A DNA stretch of 64,000 nucleotides from an uncultured delta proteobacterium (lineage in GTDB: Bacteria; Desulfobacterota; Binatia; UBA9968): assembly GCA_963737905.1 (NCBI GenBank), contig CAVTUQ010000007.1:64001-128000 (forward strand). Reading direction: 5' to 3'. The position numbers and the translations under genes were made by a program. Below the pieces are notes generated by a model. The model saw nothing but the letters and a program-made list of their open reading frames with translations. It ran no database searches and was not told where the DNA came from. Positions 19,193 to 29,091 of the stretch are shown here, piece by piece. Numbering within the stretch: the stretch's first letter is position 1; each line of letters starts with the position of its first letter.

Positions 19193-20413
19193 ATGCGATT
19201 TCAGCTCACGTTTTGCTCGAGCCTTATTTGTATACTGTTAACAGTGATTTTCGGGCGGGCGGTTGCAACCGAGCCGGCGTTTGCGGTTCTTCCAGGGATC
19301 GAAGGATCGGTGGAGTTCTGGAAAAAGATCTTTACCCGCTACGGAGCGCAAGACGTCGTGTTTTTCGATCCCTTCGATCACGGGAAAATTTATAGCGTGT
19401 TGCGCGTTCCGGATACGGACGAAGGCCGGGCGCTCATTGATAGAGAGCGGGCACGAATTATTGCTAACTACGATTTGAAAGAAGACGAGGGGCGCATTAG
19501 AAGCCAGCGGGGCGCCAAGGAACAGTTCATTTCCGGTATCAAGATCTCCGGCCGCTACATGTCTCGGATGCGGCAGATCTTTCGCGACGAGCGATTGCCG
19601 GTGGAGCTCGCTTATCTTCCCCTAGTGGAGTCGTCTTTCAATGTTCGCGCTCGTTCGACCGCGGGTGCGGTTGGCATGTGGCAGTTCATGCCTGATACCG
19701 GGAAAAAATTTCTTCAGATCACCGATACCGTGGACGAGCGACGCGACCCCATCGCATCTACTCGCGCTGCTGCCCGCCTGCTGAAAGAGAATCGCCGGCT
19801 TCTTGGCAACTGGCCGTTGGCTATTACGGCTTATAATCATGGGACCGAAGGGATTTTCCGGGCCGTAGACGCCGTGGGCTCGGAAAATCTGGTGGAGATC
19901 ATTCGACGTTATCAATCGCCCACGTTCGGCTTTGCATCGAAGAATTTCTATGCCGAGTTTCTTGCCGCCGCGGAGATTGCCAGAAATGCCGAAGCCCATT
20001 TCCCTTTTTTGCGGCCCCACCCGCCAATGAGCCTGCGTGAAATCGAGATCAAACGCCCAATCCCGATTCGATCGTTGCTTAAGCCGGCAGCGGTCTCGCA
20101 AAGTGATTTTTTCGAATGGAACCCGGCTCTCAGTCCGACAGCAACAATTATTCCTGCGGGTTATCGCGTTCAAGTCCCGCCGGAAAAAGCCGGCCGTTTT
20201 GCAATTCTACAACAGCGTATTCACGGTTCCCCAGCGAAGAAAAGAAGCAACGCGGTCGTGACGCGAGATCGTGCCGGGTCGGCAAGCGGTAAAACTGCGG
20301 CTAAGAATAAGAAAGCGAGCGGGACATCGGTAGGTGCTGCTCGATCCGCAAACGCATCGCACACAAGCCAAGCGACTACGGCTGCTCGGCGTCTCAAAGT
20401 TGCCAGTCGCTAA
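19193..20413 (+). CDS. Lytic transglycosylase (MltD-like SLT domain)
   Basis: LPLVESSF, GAVGMWQFMPDTG, LAITAYNHG. Confidence 0.9.
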   Translation: MRFQLTFCSSLICILLTVIFGRAVATEPAFAVLPGIEGSVEFWKKIFTRYGAQDVVFFDPFDHGKIYSVLRVPDTDEGRALIDRERARIIANYDLKEDEGRIRSQRGAKEQFISGIKISGRYMSRMRQIFRDERLPVELAYLPLVESSFNVRARSTAGAVGMWQFMPDTGKKFLQITDTVDERRDPIASTRAAARLLKENRRLLGNWPLAITAYNHGTEGIFRAVDAVGSENLVEIIRRYQSPTFGFASKNFYAEFLAAAEIARNAEAHFPFLRPHPPMSLREIEIKRPIPIRSLLKPAAVSQSDFFEWNPALSPTATIIPAGYRVQVPPEKAGRFAILQQRIHGSPAKKRSNAVVTRDRAGSASGKTAAKNKKASGTSVGAARSANASHTSQATTAARRLKVASR

Positions 20414-20554
20414 CCGCCGTCTCATCCGGCCGCGTGGTTGGTTTCCCTCTTGTTTATTTGAACCCACCTCGGAAACGTCATATCAGGGTCTTCCTCTATC
20501 GTCTGAAATGGGCTTGAAGGCGCGAGAGAGTTAGCTTATAATAATCGAGGCCTT

Positions 20555-21376
20555 ATGGACGTCACACTTCTCAAAGTTACAGCAATTTTTTATCTTCTGG
20601 CGAGCGCAAGTTTTGTCGTTTATATCTTTCGTCTACGTGACTTCGTTTCAAGTTTGTCTCCGATCATTTTATTCACTGGGTTTGCGGTCCATACAGCCGG
20701 TCTGGCAGTTCATTTTTTGCAAACCGGTTACGCCGGCGTTGCTGAGTTTCGTGAGGCACTGTCATTTTACGGCTGGCTTCTTGTGGCGGGGTATCTGTTG
20801 ATTCAACTCAAGTATCGGCTTGCGATCTTGGGTGCCATCATCGCACCCTTGGCGTTTCTTATGACCCTCGCCGCCATCGCATTTGGCAGCGGCGCTGGCG
20901 AATTGCCCCCGGGACTGAAGACGGTTTGGCTGCCGGTTCACGTGACTTTGGCATTTCTCGGTAATGCCGTTTTTGCCCTGGCTTTCGGCGTGAGCCTGAT
21001 GTACCTGCTGCAGGAAAGTTATCTCAAGCGTAAGAAGATGACTTCCGTGATGAAGCGATTTCCCTCGCTAGAAGCGTTAGACAAGTTGAACTATGTGCTG
21101 CTAGTTTGGGGGTTCCCGTTAATGACTTTGGGTATCCTCACGGGCAGCATGTGGGCCGGGATTTATTGGGGCAACTATTGGTCGTGGGATCCCCGCCAGA
21201 TTTCTTCAGGCATTGCCTGGCTGTTTTATGGCGTCTTGTTGCATGGCCGGATCACCGCCGGCTTGAGAGGAAAAAAGGCGGCACTACTGACCATGGTTGG
21301 GTTTGTCGTCGTCCTGGGTTACTTTCTCTGGGGAGATTCGCTCTTTCCCAGCCGGCATGGGGGCCGGTTCGAATAG
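20555..21376 (+). CDS. ccsA: Cytochrome c biogenesis protein (CcsA family)
   Basis: WLPVHV and GSMWAGIYWGNYWSWDPRQ (WWD domain). Confidence 0.92.
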   Translation: MDVTLLKVTAIFYLLASASFVVYIFRLRDFVSSLSPIILFTGFAVHTAGLAVHFLQTGYAGVAEFREALSFYGWLLVAGYLLIQLKYRLAILGAIIAPLAFLMTLAAIAFGSGAGELPPGLKTVWLPVHVTLAFLGNAVFALAFGVSLMYLLQESYLKRKKMTSVMKRFPSLEALDKLNYVLLVWGFPLMTLGILTGSMWAGIYWGNYWSWDPRQISSGIAWLFYGVLLHGRITAGLRGKKAALLTMVGFVVVLGYFLWGDSLFPSRHGGRFE

Positions 21377-21379
21377 CAG

Positions 21380-22660
21380 GTGCACAAGGAAATTATCATC
21401 GTTGGGATGAATCATCGGAGCGCGCCGATCGAAGTAAGAGAAAGCGTGGCCTTCGAGACTTCCTACGTCCGTGAGGCTTTGGGACGGCTGCGGGCCTACC
21501 CGTCGATCCAGGAGAGTGTCATTCTATCGACGTGTAACCGTGTGGAGGTGGTGGTGGCGGCGTTGAATGGTGAGTCTGCTTCTGTGGAAATCAAAGCATT
21601 CTTGGCCGACCAGAGAGCGCGGAAAAATCGCCATAGTCTAGAGGACCACGTTTATATTCACCAGGGTCCGGCAGCGGTTCGGCATCTGTTCCGTGTGGCT
21701 GCGAGTCTGGATTCCATGGTTGTAGGGGAGCCGCAGATCTTGGGTCAGCTAAAGGAATACTATAACGCTGCTCAGGCCGCCGGCACCGTCGGAACGATTC
21801 TTCATCGTCTTTTTCATCGCTCATTCTCCGTTGCCAAGAGAGTCCGGAACGAGACGGCTATCGCGAGTCGCGCGGTATCCGTCAGTTCCGTGGCCATCGA
21901 CCTGGCAAAAAGGATCTTTGACCGTCTTGACGACAAAACGGTGATGCTCATCGGAGCGGGCAAGATGGGTGATCTTATGGCTCGACACCTCCAACGCGGC
22001 GGCGTGCACAGCGTGATGGTCACCAACCGAACCTTCGACCGAGCCGTGGAACTCGCCGGCCGGATTCATGGCAGCCCGATTTTGTTCGAGGATTTTCCCC
22101 GTTATCTCACACTCGCCGATCTCGTTATCGGTTGCACCGGTTCTCCCGAGATCCTGGTAGACGTCGCGACGGTGGAAAAGGTTCTTCGCGAACGCAAACA
22201 AAAGGCGATGTTCTTGATTGACATCGGCGACCGCAGAAATTTCGATCCCGCGATTAACGCAATCGACAATGTGTATCTCTACAATATCGATGATCTCAAA
22301 GGCGTCGCCGAGGAGAATCTTCACGAAAGGTCCAACGAGGCCGAAAAAGCGGAGGGAATCGTTCAAGAGGAGGTCCAGAATTTCACGCGCTGGATCGATT
22401 CTTTGGAGCAAGTCCCGACGATTACGGCTCTCCGGCAACGGTTGGAAGAGATACGACAGCGGGAGCTCGAAAGATCGCTGGGCGGCAGCCTGAGAGACCT
22501 CTCGGAAAAACAGAGGGAGGCCTTGGAAGACATGACCACGGCGATGATGAACAAGATTCTTCACGCTCCTCTATCGCAGCTAAAGCTCAACTCCCAAGAC
22601 GACGACGAGAAAACTCTCTACATTGCCGCGCTGAAGAAACTCTTTGACTTGGAGCGGTGA
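21380..22660 (+). CDS. hemA: Glutamyl-tRNA reductase
   Basis: LSTCNRVE, HLFRVAASLDSMVVGEPQILGQ, IGAGKM. Confidence 0.97.
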   Translation: MHKEIIIVGMNHRSAPIEVRESVAFETSYVREALGRLRAYPSIQESVILSTCNRVEVVVAALNGESASVEIKAFLADQRARKNRHSLEDHVYIHQGPAAVRHLFRVAASLDSMVVGEPQILGQLKEYYNAAQAAGTVGTILHRLFHRSFSVAKRVRNETAIASRAVSVSSVAIDLAKRIFDRLDDKTVMLIGAGKMGDLMARHLQRGGVHSVMVTNRTFDRAVELAGRIHGSPILFEDFPRYLTLADLVIGCTGSPEILVDVATVEKVLRERKQKAMFLIDIGDRRNFDPAINAIDNVYLYNIDDLKGVAEENLHERSNEAEKAEGIVQEEVQNFTRWIDSLEQVPTITALRQRLEEIRQRELERSLGGSLRDLSEKQREALEDMTTAMMNKILHAPLSQLKLNSQDDDEKTLYIAALKKLFDLER

Positions 22661-22896
22661 GCCTAGATAATGCGGACGCGAGCATTCTTCACGGAAGAAC
22701 GACCGAGGAGCAAGCCTCTCCGGTCGCGGGCAATGGCCTGTGTCTTGAGGAGGCCTGCAAACTGCAGTGACGGAGCGTAAAGTGAGGCAGAAATGCGAGC
22801 TTATAGCCAAGCTCCCTAGAAATCATTGCGGCTCCATGTCCCAGTGCCCGCTCGCTACGATGCTTCCTCCTCGGTCCATGAATAGTCCGGGCCTAG
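22659..22896 (+). mobile_element. Non-coding hairpin element, family copy A
   Basis: Colinear with the reverse complement of 61660-61911; right end CATGAATAGTCCGGG-C-CTAG; arms GACCGAGGAGCAAGC / GCTTCCTCCTCGGTC. Left end degenerate. Confidence 0.78.
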
Positions 22897-22915
22897 GGAG
22901 CTGAGATACCACGAG

Positions 22916-23827
22916 ATGAATTCGATTAGGATCGGCACGCGCGGCAGCACGTTGGCTCTGGCTCAAACAACGTGGGTGAGAGAAAAACTCGTAGAGAAAT
23001 ATCCAGGCGCCAGCATCGAAACGATTCTTATCCACACGAGCGGGGATCGGTTTTCGGAAGCGAGTGTTAAAGCGATAGGCGGCAAAGGTATCTTTACGAA
23101 GGAAATAGAAGATGCCTTGCTACGAAATGAGATCGATATAGCCGTGCATTCCATGAAAGACTTGCCCACCGAGTTACCCGCAGGATTGATCGTGGCGGCG
23201 GTTCCTCAAAGAGAGGATTCCCGTGATGTTTTGGTGAGCGCCGGAGCGAGAAAGTTGAGCGAACTTGTTGCGGGCGCAAAGGTCGGCACCGGGAGTTTGC
23301 GCCGGTCAGCGCAGCTCGTGCATTATCGCCGGGATTTAAGGGTTGTTCCTATCCGGGGAAATGTCGACACCCGCCTGAAGAAGCTCGATCAAGGCGAGTG
23401 CGATGCCTTGGTGATGGCCGCCGCCGGTTTGAAACGAATAGGCCGGGAAGAAAGGATCGCAGAATATGTCTCAAACGACGTCTGCCTCGGTGCTGCGGGA
23501 CAAGGGGCATTGGGTTTGGAATCGCGGGAAGAGGAGTCGATTCGCGTGGAGCTTTCGTTCTTGCATGACCCCGCTACCTTTGCCGAAGTCACCGCGGAAC
23601 GCTCATTCTTGAATCGACTGGGCGGTGGTTGCCACGTTCCGGTGGGGGCACGGGGAGTCGCGGACGGCGAAAATTTGGAACTCTTCGGTGTGGTCGCCAA
23701 TCCAGATGGGAGTTCCCTTTTTCGCGGTGAAATATCCGGCTCTGTAGCGGACGCAGAAGAATTGGGTTGTGAGCTCGCTGAGCGCCTGTTGTCCCAAGGC
23801 GCGCAGAAAATTTTGGTTGCCCAGTGA
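22916..23827 (+). CDS. hemC: Porphobilinogen deaminase
   Basis: IGTRGSTLALAQ, GGKGIFTKEIE, AVHSMKD, RGNVDTRL, LGGGCHVP. Confidence 0.97.
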   Translation: MNSIRIGTRGSTLALAQTTWVREKLVEKYPGASIETILIHTSGDRFSEASVKAIGGKGIFTKEIEDALLRNEIDIAVHSMKDLPTELPAGLIVAAVPQREDSRDVLVSAGARKLSELVAGAKVGTGSLRRSAQLVHYRRDLRVVPIRGNVDTRLKKLDQGECDALVMAAAGLKRIGREERIAEYVSNDVCLGAAGQGALGLESREEESIRVELSFLHDPATFAEVTAERSFLNRLGGGCHVPVGARGVADGENLELFGVVANPDGSSLFRGEISGSVADAEELGCELAERLLSQGAQKILVAQ

Positions 23828-24687
23828 AAGATCCCATACACCCGGCCATGGCTCTCGAAGCGGCAGATAAACCATCAGATTCACCCGATGCCCTTAAGGG
23901 CAAGCGCATCCTGGTGACTCGTGCGCGGTCTCAAGCGTTGAGCTTGGTGCAAAGGATCGAAAGCCTGGGAGGCGAGGTGGTTGAATTTCCCACGATAGAA
24001 ATCAGACCGCCCGAGAGTTACGGTCCTTTGGACCAGGCGATCAGGCAGATAGCGAGTTACGATTGGCTTATTTTCACGAGCGTGAACGGCGTGGAGCAAT
24101 TTCTCAATCGACTTGAAAAGCTTGGAAAAAACCCAGCCGACCTAACAGGTATCGAGGTTGGTGCCATTGGTCCTGAGACGGCAAAAAGGCTAACCGCGGC
24201 GCAAATTCAGCCCAGCCTGGTGCCGAAGCAATATCAGGCTGAAGGTATTCTTGAAGCGCTGATTTCCGATACCATGGTAGGGAAAAAAATATTAATCCCG
24301 CGGGCAGCCAAAGCCCGCGATATCCTGCCGGAAACTTTGCGCCAGTGGGGAGCGCGGGTTGACGTCGTAGAGGCCTACCAAACCGTGTTGCCTCAAGTGG
24401 ATGTTTCGGCGCTTTGCAAGTTGTTGCGTGAAGGCGCGATTGATATGATTACTTTCACGAGCTCCAGCACGGCAACGAACTTTGCGGCCATGCTAGGCGA
24501 TCAGGACCTGCCACGGGTGGTTGCTAAAGCCGTTATTGCGTGTATCGGTCCGATTACTGCAAGAACCGTGGAAGACTTAGGCATGCGATCGGAGGTCGTG
24601 TCAGAAGAATTCACGATTCCCGGGTTGGTCAGCGCGATGGTAGACTATTTTATCCGTATCGCGAATCAAAAAACCGTTGGTGGATAA
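23824..24687 (+). CDS. hemD: Uroporphyrinogen-III synthase
   Basis: [43 protein letters not shown]. Confidence 0.93.
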   Translation: MKDPIHPAMALEAADKPSDSPDALKGKRILVTRARSQALSLVQRIESLGGEVVEFPTIEIRPPESYGPLDQAIRQIASYDWLIFTSVNGVEQFLNRLEKLGKNPADLTGIEVGAIGPETAKRLTAAQIQPSLVPKQYQAEGILEALISDTMVGKKILIPRAAKARDILPETLRQWGARVDVVEAYQTVLPQVDVSALCKLLREGAIDMITFTSSSTATNFAAMLGDQDLPRVVAKAVIACIGPITARTVEDLGMRSEVVSEEFTIPGLVSAMVDYFIRIANQKTVGG

Positions 24688-24701
24688 GAGCAGAAAAAAT
24701 A

Positions 24702-25679
24702 ATGGACTTCCCCGCCTACCGCCCGAGAAGATTGCGCCGTAACGAGAGGATCAGAGAGTTGGTGCGCGAAACCACTCTGAGTCCGAAGAATTTCATTTAT
24801 CCGATTTTCGTCGGGCCGGGAAAGAATAGAGCTCAACCCGTGTCGTCCATGCCGGGTGTCGCGCAACTCTCCGTGGACCGCGCCGTTATCGAATGTGAGG
24901 AAGCTCAAGCACTGGGGATTCCTGCGGTGATTCTTTTCGGCGTTCCCGAACACAAAGATTCCGTGGGGACGGAGGCCTATGCGGATAGCGGCATTGTCCA
25001 ACAGGCGATACGCGCTGTCAAAGAAAAGCTTCCCGGGCTACTCGTCATTACCGATGTGTGTCTTTGCGAGTATACCGACCACGGTCACTGCGGCGTGATT
25101 AGGAACGGCGATGTCGATAATGACGGCACGCTGGAGCTACTCGCCAAAGAAGCGTTGTCTCATGCGCGTGCCGGCGCCGACATCGTGGCGCCCTCCGACA
25201 TGATGGACGGCAGGGTCGGAGCGATTCGGAAATGTCTCGACCAAAACGGATTTGAACAGATTGCCGTTATGGCCTATGCGGCAAAGTACGCTTCCGGATT
25301 TTACGGGCCGTTCCGAGAGGCGGCCGAATCGACACCGCAGTTTGGCGATCGACGCTCCTATCAGATGGACCCAGCCAACGCGGATGAAGCCTTGCGAGAG
25401 GTCGAGCTCGATATCCGTGAGGGCGCGGATATCGTCATGGTGAAGCCGGCGATGGCTTATCTCGATATCGTCTACCGCGTGAAACAGAAGTTTGGCTATC
25501 CCGTGGCTGCCTACAATGTGAGCGGAGAGTACTCCATGATCAAAGCCGCCGGGCAGAACGGCTGGGTCGATGAAGAGAGAGTCATGCTGGAAGTACTATT
25601 CGCGATCAAACGCGCTGGAGCGGATATGATCCTGAGTTACTTTGCGAAAGATGTGGCGCGGTTGCTTCACGGTCAATGA
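24702..25679 (+). CDS. hemB: Delta-aminolevulinic acid dehydratase
   Basis: [41 protein letters not shown]. Confidence 0.97.
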   Translation: MDFPAYRPRRLRRNERIRELVRETTLSPKNFIYPIFVGPGKNRAQPVSSMPGVAQLSVDRAVIECEEAQALGIPAVILFGVPEHKDSVGTEAYADSGIVQQAIRAVKEKLPGLLVITDVCLCEYTDHGHCGVIRNGDVDNDGTLELLAKEALSHARAGADIVAPSDMMDGRVGAIRKCLDQNGFEQIAVMAYAAKYASGFYGPFREAAESTPQFGDRRSYQMDPANADEALREVELDIREGADIVMVKPAMAYLDIVYRVKQKFGYPVAAYNVSGEYSMIKAAGQNGWVDEERVMLEVLFAIKRAGADMILSYFAKDVARLLHGQ

Positions 25680-25680
25680 C

Positions 25681-25771
25681 CGTTCAAGTCGTTCAAGCCG
25701 TTCAAAATGTTCAATCCGTTAAGTCTACAGAGACGATTTGAACTACTGGAACCGTTGGAACGAATTGAACC
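25681..25771. repeat. Tandem 9-mer inverted array (GTTCAA)n-(TTGAAC)n
   Basis: cgttcaagt cgttcaagc cgttcaaaa tgttcaatc ... ttgaacta ctggaaccg ttggaacga attgaacc, between convergent genes. Confidence 0.8.
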
Positions 25772-25778
25772 AGTTTCT

Positions 25779-26060
25779 TCAGATGAGATTCCAGAGATCT
25801 TTAACCTTACGCTGAAGCGTCCGCTCGCATTCCGCTTCTCGTGCGGAAGTTCTGACTTGGGCTTCGGATAAACGGAAGACCAGGACCCGGGCCCCTTTAA
25901 CCAGCCTTAAAACGTAGGTGCTTGAATCGCCGTCGTAGTAAACATCTACGCTTACCGCATTATCCACTATTCCGGCGACCCTGTTTGCCCAGTCTTGAAT
26001 ATCCGACAAAGCGTCCTCGCCCAATTTAGTGCTTATCACTGGCGGGTTCCGATGGGCGAC
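25779..26060 (-). CDS. Hypothetical protein (start uncertain)
   Basis: Protein-like ORF filling the gap downstream of the SBP gene; no motif recognised. Confidence 0.5.
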   Translation of the reverse strand, partial: VAHRNPPVISTKLGEDALSDIQDWANRVAGIVDNAVSVDVYYDGDSSTYVLRLVKGARVLVFRLSEAQVRTSAREAECERTLQRKVKDLWNLI

Positions 26061-26061
26061 T

Positions 26062-27066
26062 TCATTTCTTTTTATAAAGACCGTCGATAAAGCCGCTTCC
26101 ATCGAGTTCCTTGATGAAGCTAAAGTCAACGAATTGCTCCGGCTTGGCCGTCTTCGCCCTCGGGTCGCGCTCGCTTATATCCTCGAGGACCGTTTTCAGC
26201 CCTTCCAGGCTTGGATACTGTTTTTTGGGGTAAAATGCTTCCGTCATGACGTTCTCATAGCTTTTCTCAAGAATCTCATGATCAACGCCGCTACCCATAT
26301 ATTTGCTCAGAGCTTTGATCGTGGCTTCTCTGTCGCTCCACATCTTTTGGACCGCTTCTACGTGAGACCTGACATAGCGCCGCACCGTCTCGCGATGTTC
26401 CTTAATGAATCTCCGCGTCGTAGCAACACCCGTATGTTGAAAAACCAGGCCCATTTGCGCGACATCAGCAACGATGGCTAAGCCTCGCTTTTCGGCTATA
26501 AAACTGGAAGGTGGATTGATGGCCGCTGCCGTTACCCGTCCCGTCAGCACGGCGCTGAGGCGCTCCGGGCCGCTTCCTACTTGAACGATAGTTACATCCT
26601 TACCCGGGGTCAAGCCGATCTTTCTTAGAGCGAATCGCGCGATGGAATCCGTCGCCGATCCAAAACGGCTAATGGCTAAAGTCCCTCCTTTAAGCTGTTC
26701 CGAGGTCTTGATTCCCGGTTTGCCCATGAGGACATAATTCAGCGAGACGATGCCGGCGGCGACAAAAACAGCATCGGATCCCGCCAAGACACTATTAACC
26801 AGGGCCGGTCCGGAAACCTGCGTGATCGGGACATCGCCCGACACGAGGGCAAGGATTGCGGTGGTTCCGCCGGTGAAGAAGATCAACTGGACGTCCAGCC
26901 CGTTTCTAGCAAAAATACCGGTGTCTTTGGCCACCCAGGCGGGCAACTGGTCGGCGCTCACGGCGCTGTAGCCGACGTTGAGGCGGGTGAGTTGAGCCGA
27001 GGCAGGCGAAATCAAGAAGAAGAGCAAGCTAAGGGAGGCGAGCGCACAAAAAATACGTCGTTTCAT
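26062..27066 (-). CDS. NMT1/SsuA-type ABC substrate-binding protein
   Basis: Signal peptide; WVAKDTGIFARNGLDV, QLKGGTLAISRFGSATD. Confidence 0.88.
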   Translation of the reverse strand: MKRRIFCALASLSLLFFLISPASAQLTRLNVGYSAVSADQLPAWVAKDTGIFARNGLDVQLIFFTGGTTAILALVSGDVPITQVSGPALVNSVLAGSDAVFVAAGIVSLNYVLMGKPGIKTSEQLKGGTLAISRFGSATDSIARFALRKIGLTPGKDVTIVQVGSGPERLSAVLTGRVTAAAINPPSSFIAEKRGLAIVADVAQMGLVFQHTGVATTRRFIKEHRETVRRYVRSHVEAVQKMWSDREATIKALSKYMGSGVDHEILEKSYENVMTEAFYPKKQYPSLEGLKTVLEDISERDPRAKTAKPEQFVDFSFIKELDGSGFIDGLYKKK

Positions 27067-27125
27067 TCTTAAGTTTCCTCTGGGGATCGAGCCGTCAACT
27101 GATTAAGAATTATTACAGCAGGTGG

Positions 27126-27165
27126 AAAAAAGAAAGCCCATGCTTCTTCAGCAAGGGCTTTCTTT
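27126..27165 (-). terminator. Rho-independent terminator after cytochrome c'
   Basis: AAAGAAAGCCC...GGGCTTTCTTT stem, T-rich tail on the minus strand. Confidence 0.6.
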
Positions 27166-27201
27166 GCCGCGACTTTCGCGATCGGAATCCGTCGGATTCG
27201 A

Positions 27202-27646
27202 TTACTCTGCGTACTTTTCAGCTCGGAAGGTTTTGTGGCAGGAGGCGCAGGCATCCGCCGAGAGCCTTTACCTTTATCCCTATTTCCGTATCGTCCTTGG
27301 CTTTCGCTGCAGCTGCGAGTTCGCTAGCTGCCTTCCCGAGATTCTTGGCGTCCCTTGCGAATTCGTCGGATTTTTCCCAGATAGCGGCAGTGGCTTTGGT
27401 TTTTCCGGTGTCGCTGCCTTTGGGAAATAGGCTGACGATTTTTTCCGCATTCCCCATGATGTCTCTGGCCTTGGCTTCTATCGTCGCATAATCTTTCGCT
27501 TCGACCGCAGCCTTGATCGCCTTGGCGTCAGCGCTGTTGCTTTTCATGAGCGCCTGTCTCTTTTCGGCTTGAGCGAAAACGTGGGAAGAAGCGAGAACCG
27601 TCATGAACCCAATCACTGCAGCGATAAGAATTTTACCTCGAACCAT
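27202..27646 (-). CDS. Cytochrome c' / class II cytochrome c (one extra base near 27254-27258)
   Basis: Signal peptide, LFPKGS...AAIW; removing one base restores the C-terminal ACASCHKTFRAEKYAE*. Confidence 0.88.
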
Positions 27647-27679
27647 TAGTTGTTTTCTCCTTTCTTCTGAACAAGTAAT

Positions 27680-28228
27680 TTAACTGCCTTTGTTGACTTT
27701 TTTCACTTCGTTTAACAACTGTTCCGTCGAGAGAAGATCTTTTTCGGTGTTGCTGGGTCGGATACTCAAATAGCGAACCACCCCGTCTTTGTCAATGATG
27801 ACGTAGGCCCGTTTGGCAATCCTTCGCGATTCGTCATAGACGCCAAAGGCCTGCATCACTTTGCCGTCCCGATCGCTCAAAAGCGGGTAGTTGATCTTGG
27901 CGAAATCAGCGAAGGCTTTCTGTGAAAACGGGGCGTTAGCGCTGATTCCTACAACTTCTGTATTTTCAGCCTGAAACATTGGGTAATTGTCCGAACCGGA
28001 CGCTTGCAAGTCCTTGATTCATGTCGGACTAAAGTCGAGAACGTAGAAATTGATGAGCACATTTTTGCCTTTGAGGCTGCTTAACTTAAGTTTTCCACCC
28101 TTCGTGCTATCAAGCTCAAAGTCTGGGGCCGGTTGTCCCACTTCCAGAGCGCTAGAAAAACGATGGGTTGCTAGGAGAAAAGCGAGAGCCAAAATTGAAG
28201 CGAGGAGGGTTTTTTTAGTGGTTTGCAT
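27680..28228 (-). CDS. Exported peroxiredoxin (AhpC/TSA), probable selenoprotein (TGA=Sec at 28019-28021)
   Basis: ORFs 28019-28228 and 27680-28009 are in frame: VGQPAPDFEL...FYVLDFSPT-TGA-IKDLQ...VVGIS...YPLLSD...RAYVIIDKDGVVRY. Confidence 0.9.
27987..28009 (-). promoter_or_regulatory. Putative bacterial SECIS element (Prx)
   Basis: GUCCG-guu-CGGAC hairpin; G-starting loop about 22 nt after UGA. Confidence 0.6.
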
Positions 28229-28289
28229 ACCTTGAGGTCCTTTTTTTAAGACGCTATTGGTTCAAGAATATTCAGGAGAGAGTCGCAAA

Positions 28290-28357
28290 CTTATCCCTTA
28301 CTTCAGTCCTTCTGTCAATCCCCCATTCGGGGGTTTTTTGACTCCCCCATTTGGGGG
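28290..28357 (-). promoter_or_regulatory. Sigma70-like promoter with two upstream palindromic operators
   Basis: CCCCC-N4-GGGGG at 28344-28357 and 28320-28333, then TTGACA (28318-28313), 17 bp, GATAAG. Confidence 0.65.
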
Positions 28358-28359
28358 AA

Positions 28360-29019
28360 TCAGTCAATGCCTTCCCGTACGGCCAAGACAGCAGCTTCGG
28401 TGCGGTTTTTGACCTGAAGCTTGCGAAAGAGTCCCTTGAGGTAACCTTTGATGGTTTCGCGGGCCACGTGGGTAATATGACTGATCTCCTCGTTGTTGAG
28501 TCCTTCCGCGACCAGTTGGAGAACCCTGAGTTCGAGATCTGTGAGTTTATACTTCTGGCTGAATCGTCGTTCTCGATCATCCTTGGGCGGCCCTTCATTG
28601 TCCGAAGGAGGCTCGGACGTAAGCTGAGCAAGATAGGGAGAAAGTTGGATTTTGCCACTATGCGCGCGACGGATAATTTCGATAAACTCTGCTCGGTCGG
28701 TGTCTTTTAGGATATAACCCTTCGCTCCGGCTTTGATGGCCGAGGCGATCTTTTCATCATCGTCCTGAATGGAGAGCATGAGAATTTTCGTGCGGGGAGC
28801 CAATGCGGTGATGAGCTTCGCGGCCTTGATCCCGTCCATTTTGGGCATGCGAACATCCAAGAGGGCGATGTCCGGTCCGGTTTCCCGGCATTTGACTACT
28901 GCCTCTTGGCCATCGGCTGCCTCAGCGACCACTTTTATGTCTTTCGCGGTCTCGAGCAATATTCTAAGGCTTTGCCTGAACAATCGCTCATCGTCGGCGA
29001 TCAAAAGTTTAAGCGGCAT
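28360..29019 (-). CDS. NarL/FixJ-family response regulator (no adjacent kinase)
   Basis: REC domain (IADD, LLDVRMPKMDG, GYILKD) plus LuxR HTH (LVAEGLNNEEI...NRTEAA). Confidence 0.94.
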   Translation of the reverse strand: MPLKLLIADDERLFRQSLRILLETAKDIKVVAEAADGQEAVVKCRETGPDIALLDVRMPKMDGIKAAKLITALAPRTKILMLSIQDDDEKIASAIKAGAKGYILKDTDRAEFIEIIRRAHSGKIQLSPYLAQLTSEPPSDNEGPPKDDRERRFSQKYKLTDLELRVLQLVAEGLNNEEISHITHVARETIKGYLKGLFRKLQVKNRTEAAVLAVREGID

Positions 29020-29091
29020 AGAATGCCTCCGTGCCAGCTATATCTTTGTGTTCGTGAAGACGGTTTCTTATATGGCTTCCTAAAAGGGCAG

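Noticed and set aside
22659-22896. Known riboswitch, group II intron, HEARO/omega RNA or IS110 bridge RNA
   Set aside because: No diagnostic motifs recognised by eye and no spacer-flank complementarity seen; an Rfam search is still needed.
25681-25771. Possible CRISPR array (also 39485-39583)
   Set aside because: 9-bp period with inverted halves, no unique spacers and no cas genes.
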